The position numbers and the translations under genes are program-made. The notes below the pieces were generated by a model. The model made no database searches, was not told the origin of the DNA, and saw only the letters and a program-made list of their open reading frames with translations. Shown here one piece after another: positions 1 through 9,611 of a stretch of DNA of 64,000 bases. Source of the stretch: Pseudomonadales bacterium (lineage in GTDB: Bacteria > Pseudomonadota > Gammaproteobacteria > Pseudomonadales > JAHRWD01); NCBI GenBank assembly GCA_019090315.1, contig JAHRWD010000014.1:9-64008 (forward strand), written 5' to 3'. Position 1 is the first letter of the stretch; every line of letters begins with the position of its first letter.

Positions 1-1
1 C

Positions 2-1303
2 TTTGAGCGTGAGTGCTCAATCCAGCGTCGTCACCAGAAAGTGATTGAAGAAGCACCATCCTCCGCAGTGACCGAAGATATTCGTGAGCGCATGGGTGCA
101 GCTGCGGTTGCGGCTGCCAAAACTATTGGTTATTCATCTGCGGGTACAGTGGAATTCTTGCTGTCTGGGGACGAGTTCTGGTTCCTTGAAGTGAACACGC
201 GACTACAGGTTGAGCATCCAATTACCGAAGAGATCACCGGTCTTGACCTTGTTCGTGAGCAAATTCGAATTGCCGAAGGTGCTGAGCTAGGTTACGCACA
301 GGAAGATCTTTCTATTAATGGTCACGCGATCGAAGCACGTATCTACGCGGAAGATCCCGAGCAGGATTTCCTGCCTTCACCGGGCACCGTTCATGTATGG
401 GCTCCAGCGACTACCGGTAATGCACGATTCGATTCAGGTATTGAAGCGGGCACCGAAATCGGTATCGATTTCGACCCGATGATCGCCAAAGTGATCGTAC
501 ACGCACCTACTCGTCGTGAAGCTACCGCACGTCTTGCACGGGTTTTGGAGCAAACACGTATTCAGGGCCTCACTACCAACCGTGACTTCCTGGTTGCTGC
601 GCTACGAACTCCAGAATTCCTGGAAGGCGATACCACTACGGACTTCATTAAGCGGGTTAATCCTGCACGAACCCGTACGCTCAGCAACGAGCAGATCGAC
701 AAAGCAGCGATTGCCATTATTGTTGAATCACGTGCCAAACGACGTGCGGCAGCGAAAATGCTCAATACCATCCCAGGTGGCTGGCGCAATTCGCACATGC
801 CTCCGGAAACCACTCCACTGCTAATTAAGGGTGAAGAGATGCTGGTTTGTTACTCGCTGAAGCGTGGCGGTTCACTGGATGTTTCCATTGATGATCGTCA
901 GTACAACGTAGAGATCATCGATGCGGGCGCAGGCTCGGTTGATCTCAATATTGGCGGCTTGCGTCTTCACTATGAAGTGAACTCCGGCGGTGATGACTGG
1001 TTTGTTCATGGCCCCGATGGGGATTGTGAATTCACCGAGCTTCCAAGATTCCCGCTCAAGGGTCTCGAAGATGCGGGTGGTGGACTGGTAGCACCTATGC
1101 CAGGCGCTGTGCTGGTTGTTAATGTCAAGCCCGGTGATGCGGTTGAAAAGGGTCAAACCCTGCTGATACTGGAAGCCATGAAAATGGAGCATCAGATCGC
1201 AGCACCAAGAGATGGCATAGTTGCCGAAGTCAGAGTCGCTGTTGGTGACCAGGCTGCAAATGGTGAACTGCTGATCGCGCTTGAAGACGAGGAGGAGGAA
1301 TAG
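2..1303 (+). CDS. Biotin-dependent acyl-CoA carboxylase alpha subunit (biotin carboxylase C-terminal part plus biotinyl carrier domain), 5' truncated by the window edge
   Basis: The frame is open from nt 2. It begins FERECSIQRRHQKVIEEAPS, the biotin carboxylase ATP-grasp signature. The C-terminus carries the biotinylation motif EAMKMEH. Confidence 0.9.
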   Translation, partial: FERECSIQRRHQKVIEEAPSSAVTEDIRERMGAAAVAAAKTIGYSSAGTVEFLLSGDEFWFLEVNTRLQVEHPITEEITGLDLVREQIRIAEGAELGYAQEDLSINGHAIEARIYAEDPEQDFLPSPGTVHVWAPATTGNARFDSGIEAGTEIGIDFDPMIAKVIVHAPTRREATARLARVLEQTRIQGLTTNRDFLVAALRTPEFLEGDTTTDFIKRVNPARTRTLSNEQIDKAAIAIIVESRAKRRAAAKMLNTIPGGWRNSHMPPETTPLLIKGEEMLVCYSLKRGGSLDVSIDDRQYNVEIIDAGAGSVDLNIGGLRLHYEVNSGGDDWFVHGPDGDCEFTELPRFPLKGLEDAGGGLVAPMPGAVLVVNVKPGDAVEKGQTLLILEAMKMEHQIAAPRDGIVAEVRVAVGDQAANGELLIALEDEEEE

Positions 1304-1370
1304 CCTTTAAAGGCCCGTACCCGGCCTCATGATAAGTGAGGCCGGTGTACATTAGTAAAGCGGAAACGAG

Positions 1371-1414
1371 GGGTATTTAACGGGGCTTATTGTCCGTGCT
1401 AAATACCCTTTTTT
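1371..1414 (+). terminator. Rho-independent terminator candidate downstream of the carboxylase gene
   Basis: GGGTATTTA (1371-1379) pairs with TAAATACCC (1400-1408) and is followed by T6 (1409-1414). A second GC hairpin, CCGGCCTCA/TGAGGCCGG at 1321-1346, lies just upstream. Confidence 0.6.
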
Positions 1415-1497
1415 CGTTTCAGGCATTGATTAGTTTCTTACTTTGGTTGCTCTCTAATCTGTACCCAAATCGCTACACCAATCGCCCCAGATATAGC

Positions 1498-2334
1498 TCA
1501 GCCACCTTCTCGCTTGTACTCTTCAATAATCCGTTGAAAGGTTCCATCTTTCTTCATTTCAGCCAGGGTCGCCGCCAACTTCGGCACAAGTTGTTTATGT
1601 TTTTTGTGTAAATAGGTGTAGCTGGAGATCGTCACAAGAGCCTCATCATTCACAATCAAACCGTGACTTTTCGCTTCTAAAAGTTCGACCCCGAAAACAC
1701 GCGTGGATAGAACATAATCAACTCGCTTTTTGTTGAGCAATCCGAATAGCTGGGTAGTATTTATTGCGGCAGTCAAATGAACCGATTCCGGTGTATGATT
1801 TTGTATCGCTTTGACACCTAGCAACCACCCCACCGACTTTCCGGATAGCGCGCTCCAGCCTGTCGTTAAATCAACCGGGGATCGGGAAACAACAACCAGA
1901 TCGACACTAAACAATCGCTCTGGAACGCGCATGAGATTGGGATACTGCACTTCAATACTCGGTGACCGGACGAGTTCACCATCTACAAAACCCGAATCTG
2001 CCATTTTCAAGCTTCTCTCGAAGGGAAAAGATACGAAGTTCAAATCGTAGCCCAGCCGATTAAACGCCTCGGTTACGATTACCAATACATACCCACCTTT
2101 CTTGTCTTTTTTTAGCTGCTCTGCACCGATATCCGGTGCTGCCAGCGTAATCGAAGGTTTCGCATACACTAACTGCAATGGAACAAAGACTAACCATACG
2201 ACCAGAAAGAGCGACGCGAGTCTATCTCGCACTGATCTCAAACAGAGCCTGTACCTGGGTAAATAGTTAGGCGACAAACAGGGCATCAGGCCACTTCTTT
2301 TTTTGGAAAACCAACTCCGAACATATACCTCCAA
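1498..2334 (-). CDS. Periplasmic solute-binding protein, family 3-like (orphan, no adjacent ABC permease or ATPase)
   Basis: 278-aa ORF with an N-terminal hydrophobic signal-like segment (LFLVVWLVFVPLQLVYA). Overall length and layout fit SBP_bac_3-type proteins. The start is uncertain (2334, or the internal Met at 2286). Confidence 0.6.
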   Translation of the reverse strand: MEVYVRSWFSKKRSGLMPCLSPNYLPRYRLCLRSVRDRLASLFLVVWLVFVPLQLVYAKPSITLAAPDIGAEQLKKDKKGGYVLVIVTEAFNRLGYDLNFVSFPFERSLKMADSGFVDGELVRSPSIEVQYPNLMRVPERLFSVDLVVVSRSPVDLTTGWSALSGKSVGWLLGVKAIQNHTPESVHLTAAINTTQLFGLLNKKRVDYVLSTRVFGVELLEAKSHGLIVNDEALVTISSYTYLHKKHKQLVPKLAATLAEMKKDGTFQRIIEEYKREGG

Positions 2335-2375
2335 TAACTATGCCACTGAGCTCTACTGGAGATGCACCTCTTCGT

Positions 2376-2391
2376 TATAACTATAGTTATA
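2376..2391. promoter_or_regulatory. Perfect 16-bp AT-rich palindrome TATAACTATAGTTATA, operator-like
   Basis: Exact self-complement read directly from the sequence. It lies 42-90 nt upstream of the candidate start codons of the 1498..2334 gene and downstream of the ZnuB-like gene. Confidence 0.35.
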
Positions 2392-2546
2392 GAACAGGGA
2401 ATAGGCTATTTGCACATAACTCTACACTCACCATAGCTAACGAAACACCGGAAAATCGGATCAGTTTTGAAGCCCTACCTACCTTTCAGTGTTAAAAAAT
2501 TCTCATCCACACGATATAAACTGTACGCATCCTCACTGCCCGCAAG

Positions 2547-3344
2547 CTATTCCAGTTTTCCAACCCCTACCTGGCGGTCTTGGTCAGACATTTCAGGACC
2601 ACCCTTCGTGACCAACTTAATCAGCAAAGCAATTGCAGCGATACTCCAGACAATAACCGCTCCACTTGGCAGATCCAGCAGTGAAGACAAAATCAGACCA
2701 AGCCCATAACCTGAACCGCCAATTAGGTAACCTGTTAATAATGTCCTTCTGCGTCCAACGCTTCCCAGAGCAGGAATAATCAAACTGGCAAAAACCAGAT
2801 AAACCCCGATTAGTTGCACAGAATTAGTCACGGCTAATGCAAACAGAAGATAGAAACCAAGATAGTTCAAACGTTGCCGAAGGGTAAACCAGAGAAGAAA
2901 AATTAAGCCTGTAACTAAAGCTGTCGGCAAGAGCTGATCCCATGTGATCCACAGAATTTGCCCTACCAGTAAGTCTTTAAGCGATTCCCCCGCATGGGGG
3001 TTATCTGCCAACAGTAAAATACTACCGGTTGCTGCCAGTATAAAAGTTACACCAATAAGAGCTTCCTGAAACTGTTGGTAGTATTTTTCCAGCCAGCCGA
3101 GTACAGCGGCGGTTATCAGCGCACTGCTTACGGCGACAAGCTGCACTTCCCAACCATGGGTTTCCCAACCAAAACGGTAGGCTGCAATCACCCCCAGACC
3201 GGCGATTTGAGCAATTGCCAGATCAATAAAAATAATGCCACGTTTGAGAACCTCCTGCCCCAAGGGTACGTGGGTCGCCAGTATTAGCAGACCGGCGATA
3301 AACGCCGGTCCAAGGATGGAAGTTTCCAGCCCTTCAATACTCAT
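2547..3344 (-). CDS. Metal ABC transporter permease, ZnuB-like (ABC-3 family)
   Basis: 265-aa polytopic membrane protein. Its N-terminus, GPAFIAGLLILATHVPLGQEVLKRGIIFIDLAIAQIAGLG, is typical of ZnuB/MntB-type permeases. ATGA start/stop overlap with the upstream binding-protein gene. Confidence 0.85.
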   Translation of the reverse strand: MSIEGLETSILGPAFIAGLLILATHVPLGQEVLKRGIIFIDLAIAQIAGLGVIAAYRFGWETHGWEVQLVAVSSALITAAVLGWLEKYYQQFQEALIGVTFILAATGSILLLADNPHAGESLKDLLVGQILWITWDQLLPTALVTGLIFLLWFTLRQRLNYLGFYLLFALAVTNSVQLIGVYLVFASLIIPALGSVGRRRTLLTGYLIGGSGYGLGLILSSLLDLPSGAVIVWSIAAIALLIKLVTKGGPEMSDQDRQVGVGKLE

Positions 3345-4246
3345 GGAGGGTTACTTACCAACAGGCTCATAATCTGATCGAACCACTGAATCAGGGTTTG
3401 ATTTTTTATGGGACCAAACGCCAGTTTAACAATAGGCATGCCTGTTTTTTGTGAGAGCCAGCGCGCCGATTTATCATTCTGATAGCTGGCAACTAATATC
3501 ATATCCGCGGGGCTTTTCTTTAGCCGGGTCAGCAGTTTGCTTAGATGGGTGCTATTTGGTGGAATACCTGGTTTCGGTTCCAGTACTGCAACCTTTTTCA
3601 ATCCGAGCCACTGCTCCATGTATATCCAGTTATTGTGGCTCACCACGATCGGTTTGCCATGCAAGGGGTGTGCGCTTTGCTCCCATCGGGCAATAGCTTG
3701 TTGCCACTGCTCGGTGAAACCCTGCAGGTTTTTTTGGTATAGCTCGCTATTGGCGGGATCCACAATAATCAGCCTGTTGCCCAGCGCACTAGCTATCTGC
3801 AAAATGCGACGGGGATCAAATTGAATATGTGGATTTCCAGAGGCATGAATGTCACCCAGGCTACGATCAAGAACAGCGGGCTTTTCCAGCAAGCTGACCT
3901 GGTCGGCGGCCAGGAAGTGACCTTCCTGGCCAGGCTGAACTTTGCCGTTGCCTGATTTTCGCAGCAATAGCGGTAGCCATCCAATTTCCAGCTCTGCCCC
4001 TGTGCACACCAGCAGATCAGCTCGGCGAACCTTTGCAATTAAACTGGGCCGTGCTTGTATGTGATGGGGATCTTGCTGGGCGGTGGTGGCGCTATATACC
4101 TTGACAGCATCACCACCCAGAGTTCGGCTCAGTGCCGCCCATTCAGGTTCACAGGCGAATATATCAATTTGGGCATGAGCTACATTTGCATACAACAACC
4201 ATAGCAATACACCAAAGCTATATTTTTTTATCCTTTGATTAAACAT
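3341..4246 (-). CDS. Periplasmic metal-binding protein, ZnuA/TroA-like (cluster A-I SBP)
   Basis: Signal peptide (LLWLLYANVAHA). His-containing motifs sit at the expected ligand positions (DPHHIQARPS, HASGNPHIQFDP, VVSHNNWIY). There is no His-rich loop of the E. coli ZnuA type. Confidence 0.8.
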   Translation of the reverse strand: MFNQRIKKYSFGVLLWLLYANVAHAQIDIFACEPEWAALSRTLGGDAVKVYSATTAQQDPHHIQARPSLIAKVRRADLLVCTGAELEIGWLPLLLRKSGNGKVQPGQEGHFLAADQVSLLEKPAVLDRSLGDIHASGNPHIQFDPRRILQIASALGNRLIIVDPANSELYQKNLQGFTEQWQQAIARWEQSAHPLHGKPIVVSHNNWIYMEQWLGLKKVAVLEPKPGIPPNSTHLSKLLTRLKKSPADMILVASYQNDKSARWLSQKTGMPIVKLAFGPIKNQTLIQWFDQIMSLLVSNPP

Positions 4247-4257
4247 ACTGTTTTCTC

Positions 4258-5595
4258 CTAGAACGAGTGAGCACCGTGGCTTCCGAGACTCATGGTGTAT
4301 TGTAGGAATAACTGGTTATCGGTTTCCTCATAGGAATCATCACGGTTATATTGCAGGCGAATCCGGCTAAACTCACTGGGCACCCACTCGACCATAACGC
4401 TGATACGTTCTGGAGTATGACCCTCATCATCCAACCCTGCCTCGGCCAGCACATCAGAATCAGAGCCGGTGTTATTACTGCTTAGCCGGTCATACCGCAA
4501 ACCCGTCTGCCATTGTGGTTTGAACCGATAAGTAGCCTGGAGATACCAGCCGTTTTGATCGCCATCATAGCTACTGGTTTCCAGTGGCGGGCCGCTGTTA
4601 AGCATCGTTATCCCACCGTTTTCTTGTCGGCTAAAATACTCAAACTGTAACTTGAAGTTTGTGTTTTTTGGATTGCCATTGGGAGCCCATTTATACACCA
4701 GATCCAGCGCATTGATTTTGCTATCGCCATCAAATGAGGGGGTCTCTACATCCCCTCCACCATGCGCGTGACCGCCACTTGCCCTGCCTTCGACATCATC
4801 TGCCTGCCAATGACTCAATCCGAGTTGCCAGCTGTGTTCGATACCCAAATCACCGCCTACATCGGCAAATACAGTCCAGGCACCCACGCCATCGCTTGTT
4901 CCGCCTGCTGGAAAGCGGCTGCCACTCGATGCTTCTGCACCCACCTGTAAAAATAGATCGACAGGTACAACATAGGTCAGCTGTACGCCATCATCAATCA
5001 ATTGATTACCAAACAAACCGCGATAAATAAGCGGAGCGTCAGCAAAATCCCAGCTGTGGGCGTGTTGGGTATTGAGATAACCGATCTCTGACAAAAAGCG
5101 CCCTGCCTTTATTGTCAGTCCATGGCCCAACCCCAGTGTTTGTATAAATGCTTCCTCCAGCTCAACTTCCGTCGAACCTTCGTGTTCAGCAATGGCAACA
5201 GTCATCCGACCAAAAAATTTGTCGTCGACATTGGCGCTCATCATGAGTTCGGTATGACCGACTGAAAAGCCTTTTTCACCTAAACCCGCTTCACCACCCA
5301 GTGCAAACCCCGGTAATTCATACTCTTCAGGATCATTATCAAAACTTGCATAACGACCATCCAGAATTAAACTAATGGCGGGATTAAAACTGCTTTGCCC
5401 TTTTGAATTCCCATTACTATTTAAGGAGCTGCCCTCCAGTACCTGAATACGTTTTTCATGCTCTATTTTTAGAGCCTCTAGTTGTTGTTCGATTGCTTCT
5501 AATTCGGTTTCAGCAACTTTGGTTTCTGCAACAACCGGCTTTAAATTGCATGTGGCAGCGGCTGTTACCGCGATCATTAATAATGCTTTACGCAT
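4258..5595 (-). CDS. Putative outer-membrane beta-barrel porin with N-terminal coiled-coil and a His/Gly-rich loop
   Basis: Signal peptide, then a heptad-like segment ELEAIEQQLEALKIEHEKRIQVLEG. The body alternates Gly and aromatic residues. It has the loop GGHAHGGGD and a C-terminal ...HSF (terminal Phe, typical of OMPs). A GGAGAA Shine-Dalgarno sequence for the next gene lies 11 nt downstream. Confidence 0.65.
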   Translation of the reverse strand: MRKALLMIAVTAAATCNLKPVVAETKVAETELEAIEQQLEALKIEHEKRIQVLEGSSLNSNGNSKGQSSFNPAISLILDGRYASFDNDPEEYELPGFALGGEAGLGEKGFSVGHTELMMSANVDDKFFGRMTVAIAEHEGSTEVELEEAFIQTLGLGHGLTIKAGRFLSEIGYLNTQHAHSWDFADAPLIYRGLFGNQLIDDGVQLTYVVPVDLFLQVGAEASSGSRFPAGGTSDGVGAWTVFADVGGDLGIEHSWQLGLSHWQADDVEGRASGGHAHGGGDVETPSFDGDSKINALDLVYKWAPNGNPKNTNFKLQFEYFSRQENGGITMLNSGPPLETSSYDGDQNGWYLQATYRFKPQWQTGLRYDRLSSNNTGSDSDVLAEAGLDDEGHTPERISVMVEWVPSEFSRIRLQYNRDDSYEETDNQLFLQYTMSLGSHGAHSF

Positions 5596-5670
5596 GAAGT
5601 ATTTCTCCCGTAAACGAAAATATTCACCACAACCATTAATTGGCTGGGCGTTAAATAGGTCTATATTTTC

Positions 5671-5955
5671 TTACGAAAGAGGGGGAGGCGCGCGTGCGGA
5701 ATAGGGTGTTAATGATAAGGCTAGCCAAACATCAACCATCTGGCTGGCAGGTTGTGTTTGTCTGGTTTCAAGGAGGAGCGGAAAAGAAAGAGAAACAAGC
5801 CCATCGCCTGACTTCTCACACTGTAAAAATATCTGACAGGATTCATCTTGAGCATGAAATGGATGCTCTACAGAATGAGCAAGCACACCCAACTGGCCAA
5901 CAAGCATCAAAATGCTTATCAGCGTCAGGTGTATTTTAACGTGCTTACGATTCAT
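5671..5955 (-). CDS. Small secreted or membrane-anchored His/Cys-rich protein (DUF2946-like by memory)
   Basis: 94 aa. An N-terminal hydrophobic helix is followed by HSVEHPFHAQDESCQIFLQC, and the C-terminus is ...SARAPPPLS. It is co-directional with, and 75 nt upstream of, the OMP gene. The Shine-Dalgarno sequence is weak, and an antisense ORF of similar size exists. Confidence 0.4.
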   Translation of the reverse strand: MNRKHVKIHLTLISILMLVGQLGVLAHSVEHPFHAQDESCQIFLQCEKSGDGLVSLSFPLLLETRQTQPASQMVDVWLALSLTPYSARAPPPLS

Positions 5956-6072
5956 TATTTATCGGCTTACTTTAAATTGCGAAGTGTATCATCTAGTTGC
6001 ACAGATACTACGTTTCTGCTCAAAATATGTCTAGCTGGATAACATCAAAAAACCTCAGCCTCCAACCTGTCC

Positions 6073-7419
6073 TTAGGTACCGTAAAACTTTTTGGCTACC
6101 CGATAAAGGTTGTAGGTATCTTCACTACCCGCAAGTTCACGAATGGAGTGCATGGCAAAAGTGGGCACTCCGACGTCCAGTGTTTTCACCCCTAGCTCTG
6201 CTGCAGTGATTGGCCCGATGGTGCTTCCACAACCCATATCGGTACGGGTTACGAATGCTTGAACCGGCACATCAATAGCGTTACATATTTGCCGAAATAA
6301 CGCGCTGGTTTCACTGTTGGTGGCGTAACGCTGGTTGGCGTTGATTTTAATTACCGGGCCCTGGTTTAAAAGCGGGCCGTGGTTTTCGTCGTGCTTTGCC
6401 TGAAAATTGGGATGGACTCCGTGGGCATTGTCGGCAGAGATCATGGTGGAGTGGTGCAGGGTTCGAGAGAGGGTTTCTGCATTACCACAAATACGCTCCA
6501 GTACAGATTTCAGAAATGGGCCCTGAGCGCCGGAGGCGGAAACGCTACCAACCTCTTCATGATCATTGCATACCAGCAGTGAACACTGGCTTCGATCTGA
6601 ATCGATCAACCCTTTCAAACCCAGATAACAACTCAGCAGATTATCCAGCCGGGCCGAGGCTATAAATTCTTCGTTGTACCCCACTAGCGCAGGGGGCTGG
6701 GTATCGTAAAAACAGAGTTCGTAATCCAGCACAGACTGGATAGCGGGTTCATTCGTTTGATCTTCCTCGGACTTTAGAAAATCGAGCAAAAACTCTCGGA
6801 ACTCAATTTTTTGATCGCCTCCCGTCTGCAGTAATATTGGCGGAATATCGGTTTGTTTATTGATCGTACGTTTATCATTGGCGTCACGATCCAGGTGAAT
6901 AGCCAAACTGGGAATGACCGCAATCGGCTTTTTAAAATCGATCAGCCTATGGATTAGTTCACCATTAGCATCCAGCCCAGTTACGCGGCCAGCTAACGAA
7001 AGATCACGATCAAACCAGGGGTTGAGCAATACACCACCATAAACTTCAACACCCAGCTGAAAGTAACCTTTTTTATGCAGTTCTGGTTTTGGTTTAACTT
7101 TTAGGCAGGGGCTATCGGTATGGGCACCCACCATTCGAATACCCTGCTCTACAGGACTTTCTTCCCCTGTGGTAAAGGCAATAATCGAGCTGTCATTTCG
7201 GGTTACCAAATAACCCTGTTTCGCTTGCAACTGCCAACTATCACCTTCATACAACTGAACAAACCCTGCCTGTTTCAATCTATCCACCATCTCCGCTACC
7301 GCATGAAATGGCGTGGGAGAGGCCCGCAGAAATTCAAGTAGTCCGGTGTTAAATTCCTGACATTTTTTGCTGGCTTTTTGGTTTTTCATATTGAATTCCT
7401 GATGTGTGTTTTTCGCCAT
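6073..7419 (-). CDS. apeB: M18 family aspartyl aminopeptidase
   Basis: The N-terminus [12 protein letters not shown] and internal [13 protein letters not shown] and NDHEEVGS motifs are typical of M18 aminopeptidases. An alternative start lies at Met11 (7389). Confidence 0.9.
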   Translation of the reverse strand: MAKNTHQEFNMKNQKASKKCQEFNTGLLEFLRASPTPFHAVAEMVDRLKQAGFVQLYEGDSWQLQAKQGYLVTRNDSSIIAFTTGEESPVEQGIRMVGAHTDSPCLKVKPKPELHKKGYFQLGVEVYGGVLLNPWFDRDLSLAGRVTGLDANGELIHRLIDFKKPIAVIPSLAIHLDRDANDKRTINKQTDIPPILLQTGGDQKIEFREFLLDFLKSEEDQTNEPAIQSVLDYELCFYDTQPPALVGYNEEFIASARLDNLLSCYLGLKGLIDSDRSQCSLLVCNDHEEVGSVSASGAQGPFLKSVLERICGNAETLSRTLHHSTMISADNAHGVHPNFQAKHDENHGPLLNQGPVIKINANQRYATNSETSALFRQICNAIDVPVQAFVTRTDMGCGSTIGPITAAELGVKTLDVGVPTFAMHSIRELAGSEDTYNLYRVAKKFYGT

Positions 7420-7572
7420 TATACCGGCAGAGCAGATTAATTTATCAGGCGACTTAAACTGTCAAATTGGCCACAGCCAACCCTTGTATTCAGGGTTTGA
7501 TCGACCTACTATTTCCCATCGATTTTGATCAGGCTCACGCACTCAAAATAAAAAGAATCAGGAGACACACCC

Positions 7573-8775
7573 ATGGAACTCAAATTCACCGTCGAAGAGC
7601 TTGCCTTTAAACAGGAAGTAGCGGAATTCATTCAGGCCAATTACAGCGATGATGATCGCAAACAATATGGTCTGGGAATGGACTACGCAAAGGATGTCAC
7701 GGTTAAGTGGCAACGTGCGTTGGCGGCGAACGGCTGGGTTGCCCCAGGCTGGCCGCAGGAGTGGGGTGGCACGAAATGGACTCCCGCCCAGAGCTATATT
7801 TTTGAATATGAGTGCGCGATGGCGAATACACCGGAGATCTTCGCAGCAGGCTTAAAAATGGTTGCGCCGGTGATTATCGCCTACGGTAACGATGAACAGA
7901 AACGGCGTTTCCTACCTGAAATTTACAACAGTAATATCTGGTGGTGTCAGGGTTATTCTGAACCTGGTGCAGGCTCCGACCTTGCGAGTTTACAAACCAA
8001 AGCGGTACGCGATGGTGATCACTATATTATTAACGGCTCCAAAATCTGGACCAGCACTGCCCATTATGCGGACTGGATTTTCTGTCTGGTACGCACTGAC
8101 CCGGAAGCGGATATCAAACAGAAAGGGATCTCCTTTTTGTTGATCGATATGAAAACTCCCGGTATTCGGGTTGAACCGATCATCGGGCTTGATGGTCGCC
8201 ACCAGCTCAATCAGACCTTTTTTGATGATGTAAAAGTACCCGTCGCTAATCGCATTGGCGAAGAGAACAAGGGCTGGACCTACGCCAAAGTATTGCTGAC
8301 CCACGAACGAACCAGTATCGCTCGGGTAGCTCGATCAAAATATAAGATCCAGCGACTCAAGGAGATGGCTTGCGTGGCGGTCACCAATGGTCACCCGCTA
8401 ATAGAAGACAAAGCGTTCAAGCAGAAACTAAATACACTTGAGGTGGATATGTTGGCGCTGGAATACAGCGACTTAAGGATTCTATCTGACGTTCAAAAGG
8501 GAGGCGCGCCGAGTGCTGAGTCATCAATTTTGAAAATCAGGGGCAGTGAGCTGCAGCAAGCCATTGCCGAGTTAACTCTTGAAGTAGCAGGCTATTATTC
8601 ACAACCCTACGTGTCCGATGAACACCTGTATGGTTACGAAGGCGAACGTACCGGCGGTAGCCTGTTCACCGCAACCGCCCTTTGGTATTTCAACTCACGA
8701 CCTGCAACGGTGTATGGCGGTTCAAATGAAATTCAGCGAAACATTTTATCCAAGGCGGTATTAGGTCTGCGTTAA
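7573..8775 (+). CDS. Acyl-CoA dehydrogenase family protein
   Basis: 400 aa. GYSEPGAGSDLASLQTKAV...GSKIWTS and the C-terminal GGSNEIQRNI are hallmark ACAD motifs. A GGAGA Shine-Dalgarno sequence lies upstream. Confidence 0.9.
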   Translation: MELKFTVEELAFKQEVAEFIQANYSDDDRKQYGLGMDYAKDVTVKWQRALAANGWVAPGWPQEWGGTKWTPAQSYIFEYECAMANTPEIFAAGLKMVAPVIIAYGNDEQKRRFLPEIYNSNIWWCQGYSEPGAGSDLASLQTKAVRDGDHYIINGSKIWTSTAHYADWIFCLVRTDPEADIKQKGISFLLIDMKTPGIRVEPIIGLDGRHQLNQTFFDDVKVPVANRIGEENKGWTYAKVLLTHERTSIARVARSKYKIQRLKEMACVAVTNGHPLIEDKAFKQKLNTLEVDMLALEYSDLRILSDVQKGGAPSAESSILKIRGSELQQAIAELTLEVAGYYSQPYVSDEHLYGYEGERTGGSLFTATALWYFNSRPATVYGGSNEIQRNILSKAVLGLR

Positions 8776-8783
8776 AACCAGAT

Positions 8784-9572
8784 CTATGCCTGCTGATCAA
8801 TGTCGCCCAAAGGAGCGGTTTTATTTTCAGCCGTGTTCCCGGATATCTCATCATATAGCTGTTTGACAGCCCTATGATGCGCCACCGGTTTCGAAGAACT
8901 ACTCTCAATATCACTAGTTCTTTCCTGAATATACTGTGATGGTGCCTCTTTGGAACTATTCGTCCTGTCACTAGCCAGCTCTGCTATTGCCTGTGCTGCC
9001 ATTTGCCCAGCCCGAGCAGCGACGGCGCGATCCTGAGCCGATGGATTCACTGGTGCCATTGCAGCAGCCTTGATCTGCCTTGCTTTTTGAAGTGTTGCCT
9101 GCGGATCTCCCGCGACTGGTGATGTACTGATACCCACTTCACCAGCTCTGGCATACAGCGCACCATTCGGCCCCTTTGTATAGGAAAAGCTGGCTGGACC
9201 TGCAAATGCTCCACCGACCGATGCATGGGCCCGTTCGTGCGCCCTGACCTCCTGGTCCCGCAGTTTTAATTGCTGGATAACCGCCTGCTCAGCCCTGGCT
9301 TGATGCTGATCCTGCAAACCTTGCGACAAATTACCCCCGGCTTCCTGTTCTTCAGGCTCTATACGGCTTTGCCCAGTGTTTTCCGGAGCATCGACCTTAG
9401 CGGGGTTTTTCTTCTGTTTTTCAAGCTGTACTGCATAGCCCTTATTCGCTTTCTCTACTGATTTATAAGTGGAGTCGACTCGCTCGGTCTGCAACTCGAC
9501 CGATAGTTTTGGCTCCATTCGAGCCAGCGGTTTATCTACCCTGAAAAGCTGTTGGTGACTGATTTCCATCAT
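8784..9572 (-). CDS. SprA-related / putative metalloprotease family protein (HExxH)
   Basis: Contains LKLRDQEVRAHERAHASVGG...SFSYTKGPNGALYARAGEVGISTSPVAGDPQATLQKARQIKAAAMAPVNPSAQD. This is the conserved core I recall for the PF12118 / 'CJM1_0395' family. HERAH is an HExxH motif. Confidence 0.7.
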   Translation of the reverse strand: MMEISHQQLFRVDKPLARMEPKLSVELQTERVDSTYKSVEKANKGYAVQLEKQKKNPAKVDAPENTGQSRIEPEEQEAGGNLSQGLQDQHQARAEQAVIQQLKLRDQEVRAHERAHASVGGAFAGPASFSYTKGPNGALYARAGEVGISTSPVAGDPQATLQKARQIKAAAMAPVNPSAQDRAVAARAGQMAAQAIAELASDRTNSSKEAPSQYIQERTSDIESSSSKPVAHHRAVKQLYDEISGNTAENKTAPLGDIDQQA

Positions 9573-9611
9573 CCACCTCCTTTAACTACTGTTTAAAAAA
9601 TATGTAACTAT

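Noticed and set aside
5596-6072. Search for a Zur or Fur box upstream of the OMP gene and the mini-protein gene
   Set aside because: Only half-site-like fragments were found (for example GGATAACAT near 6037). No convincing dyad was present, so no operator is claimed here.
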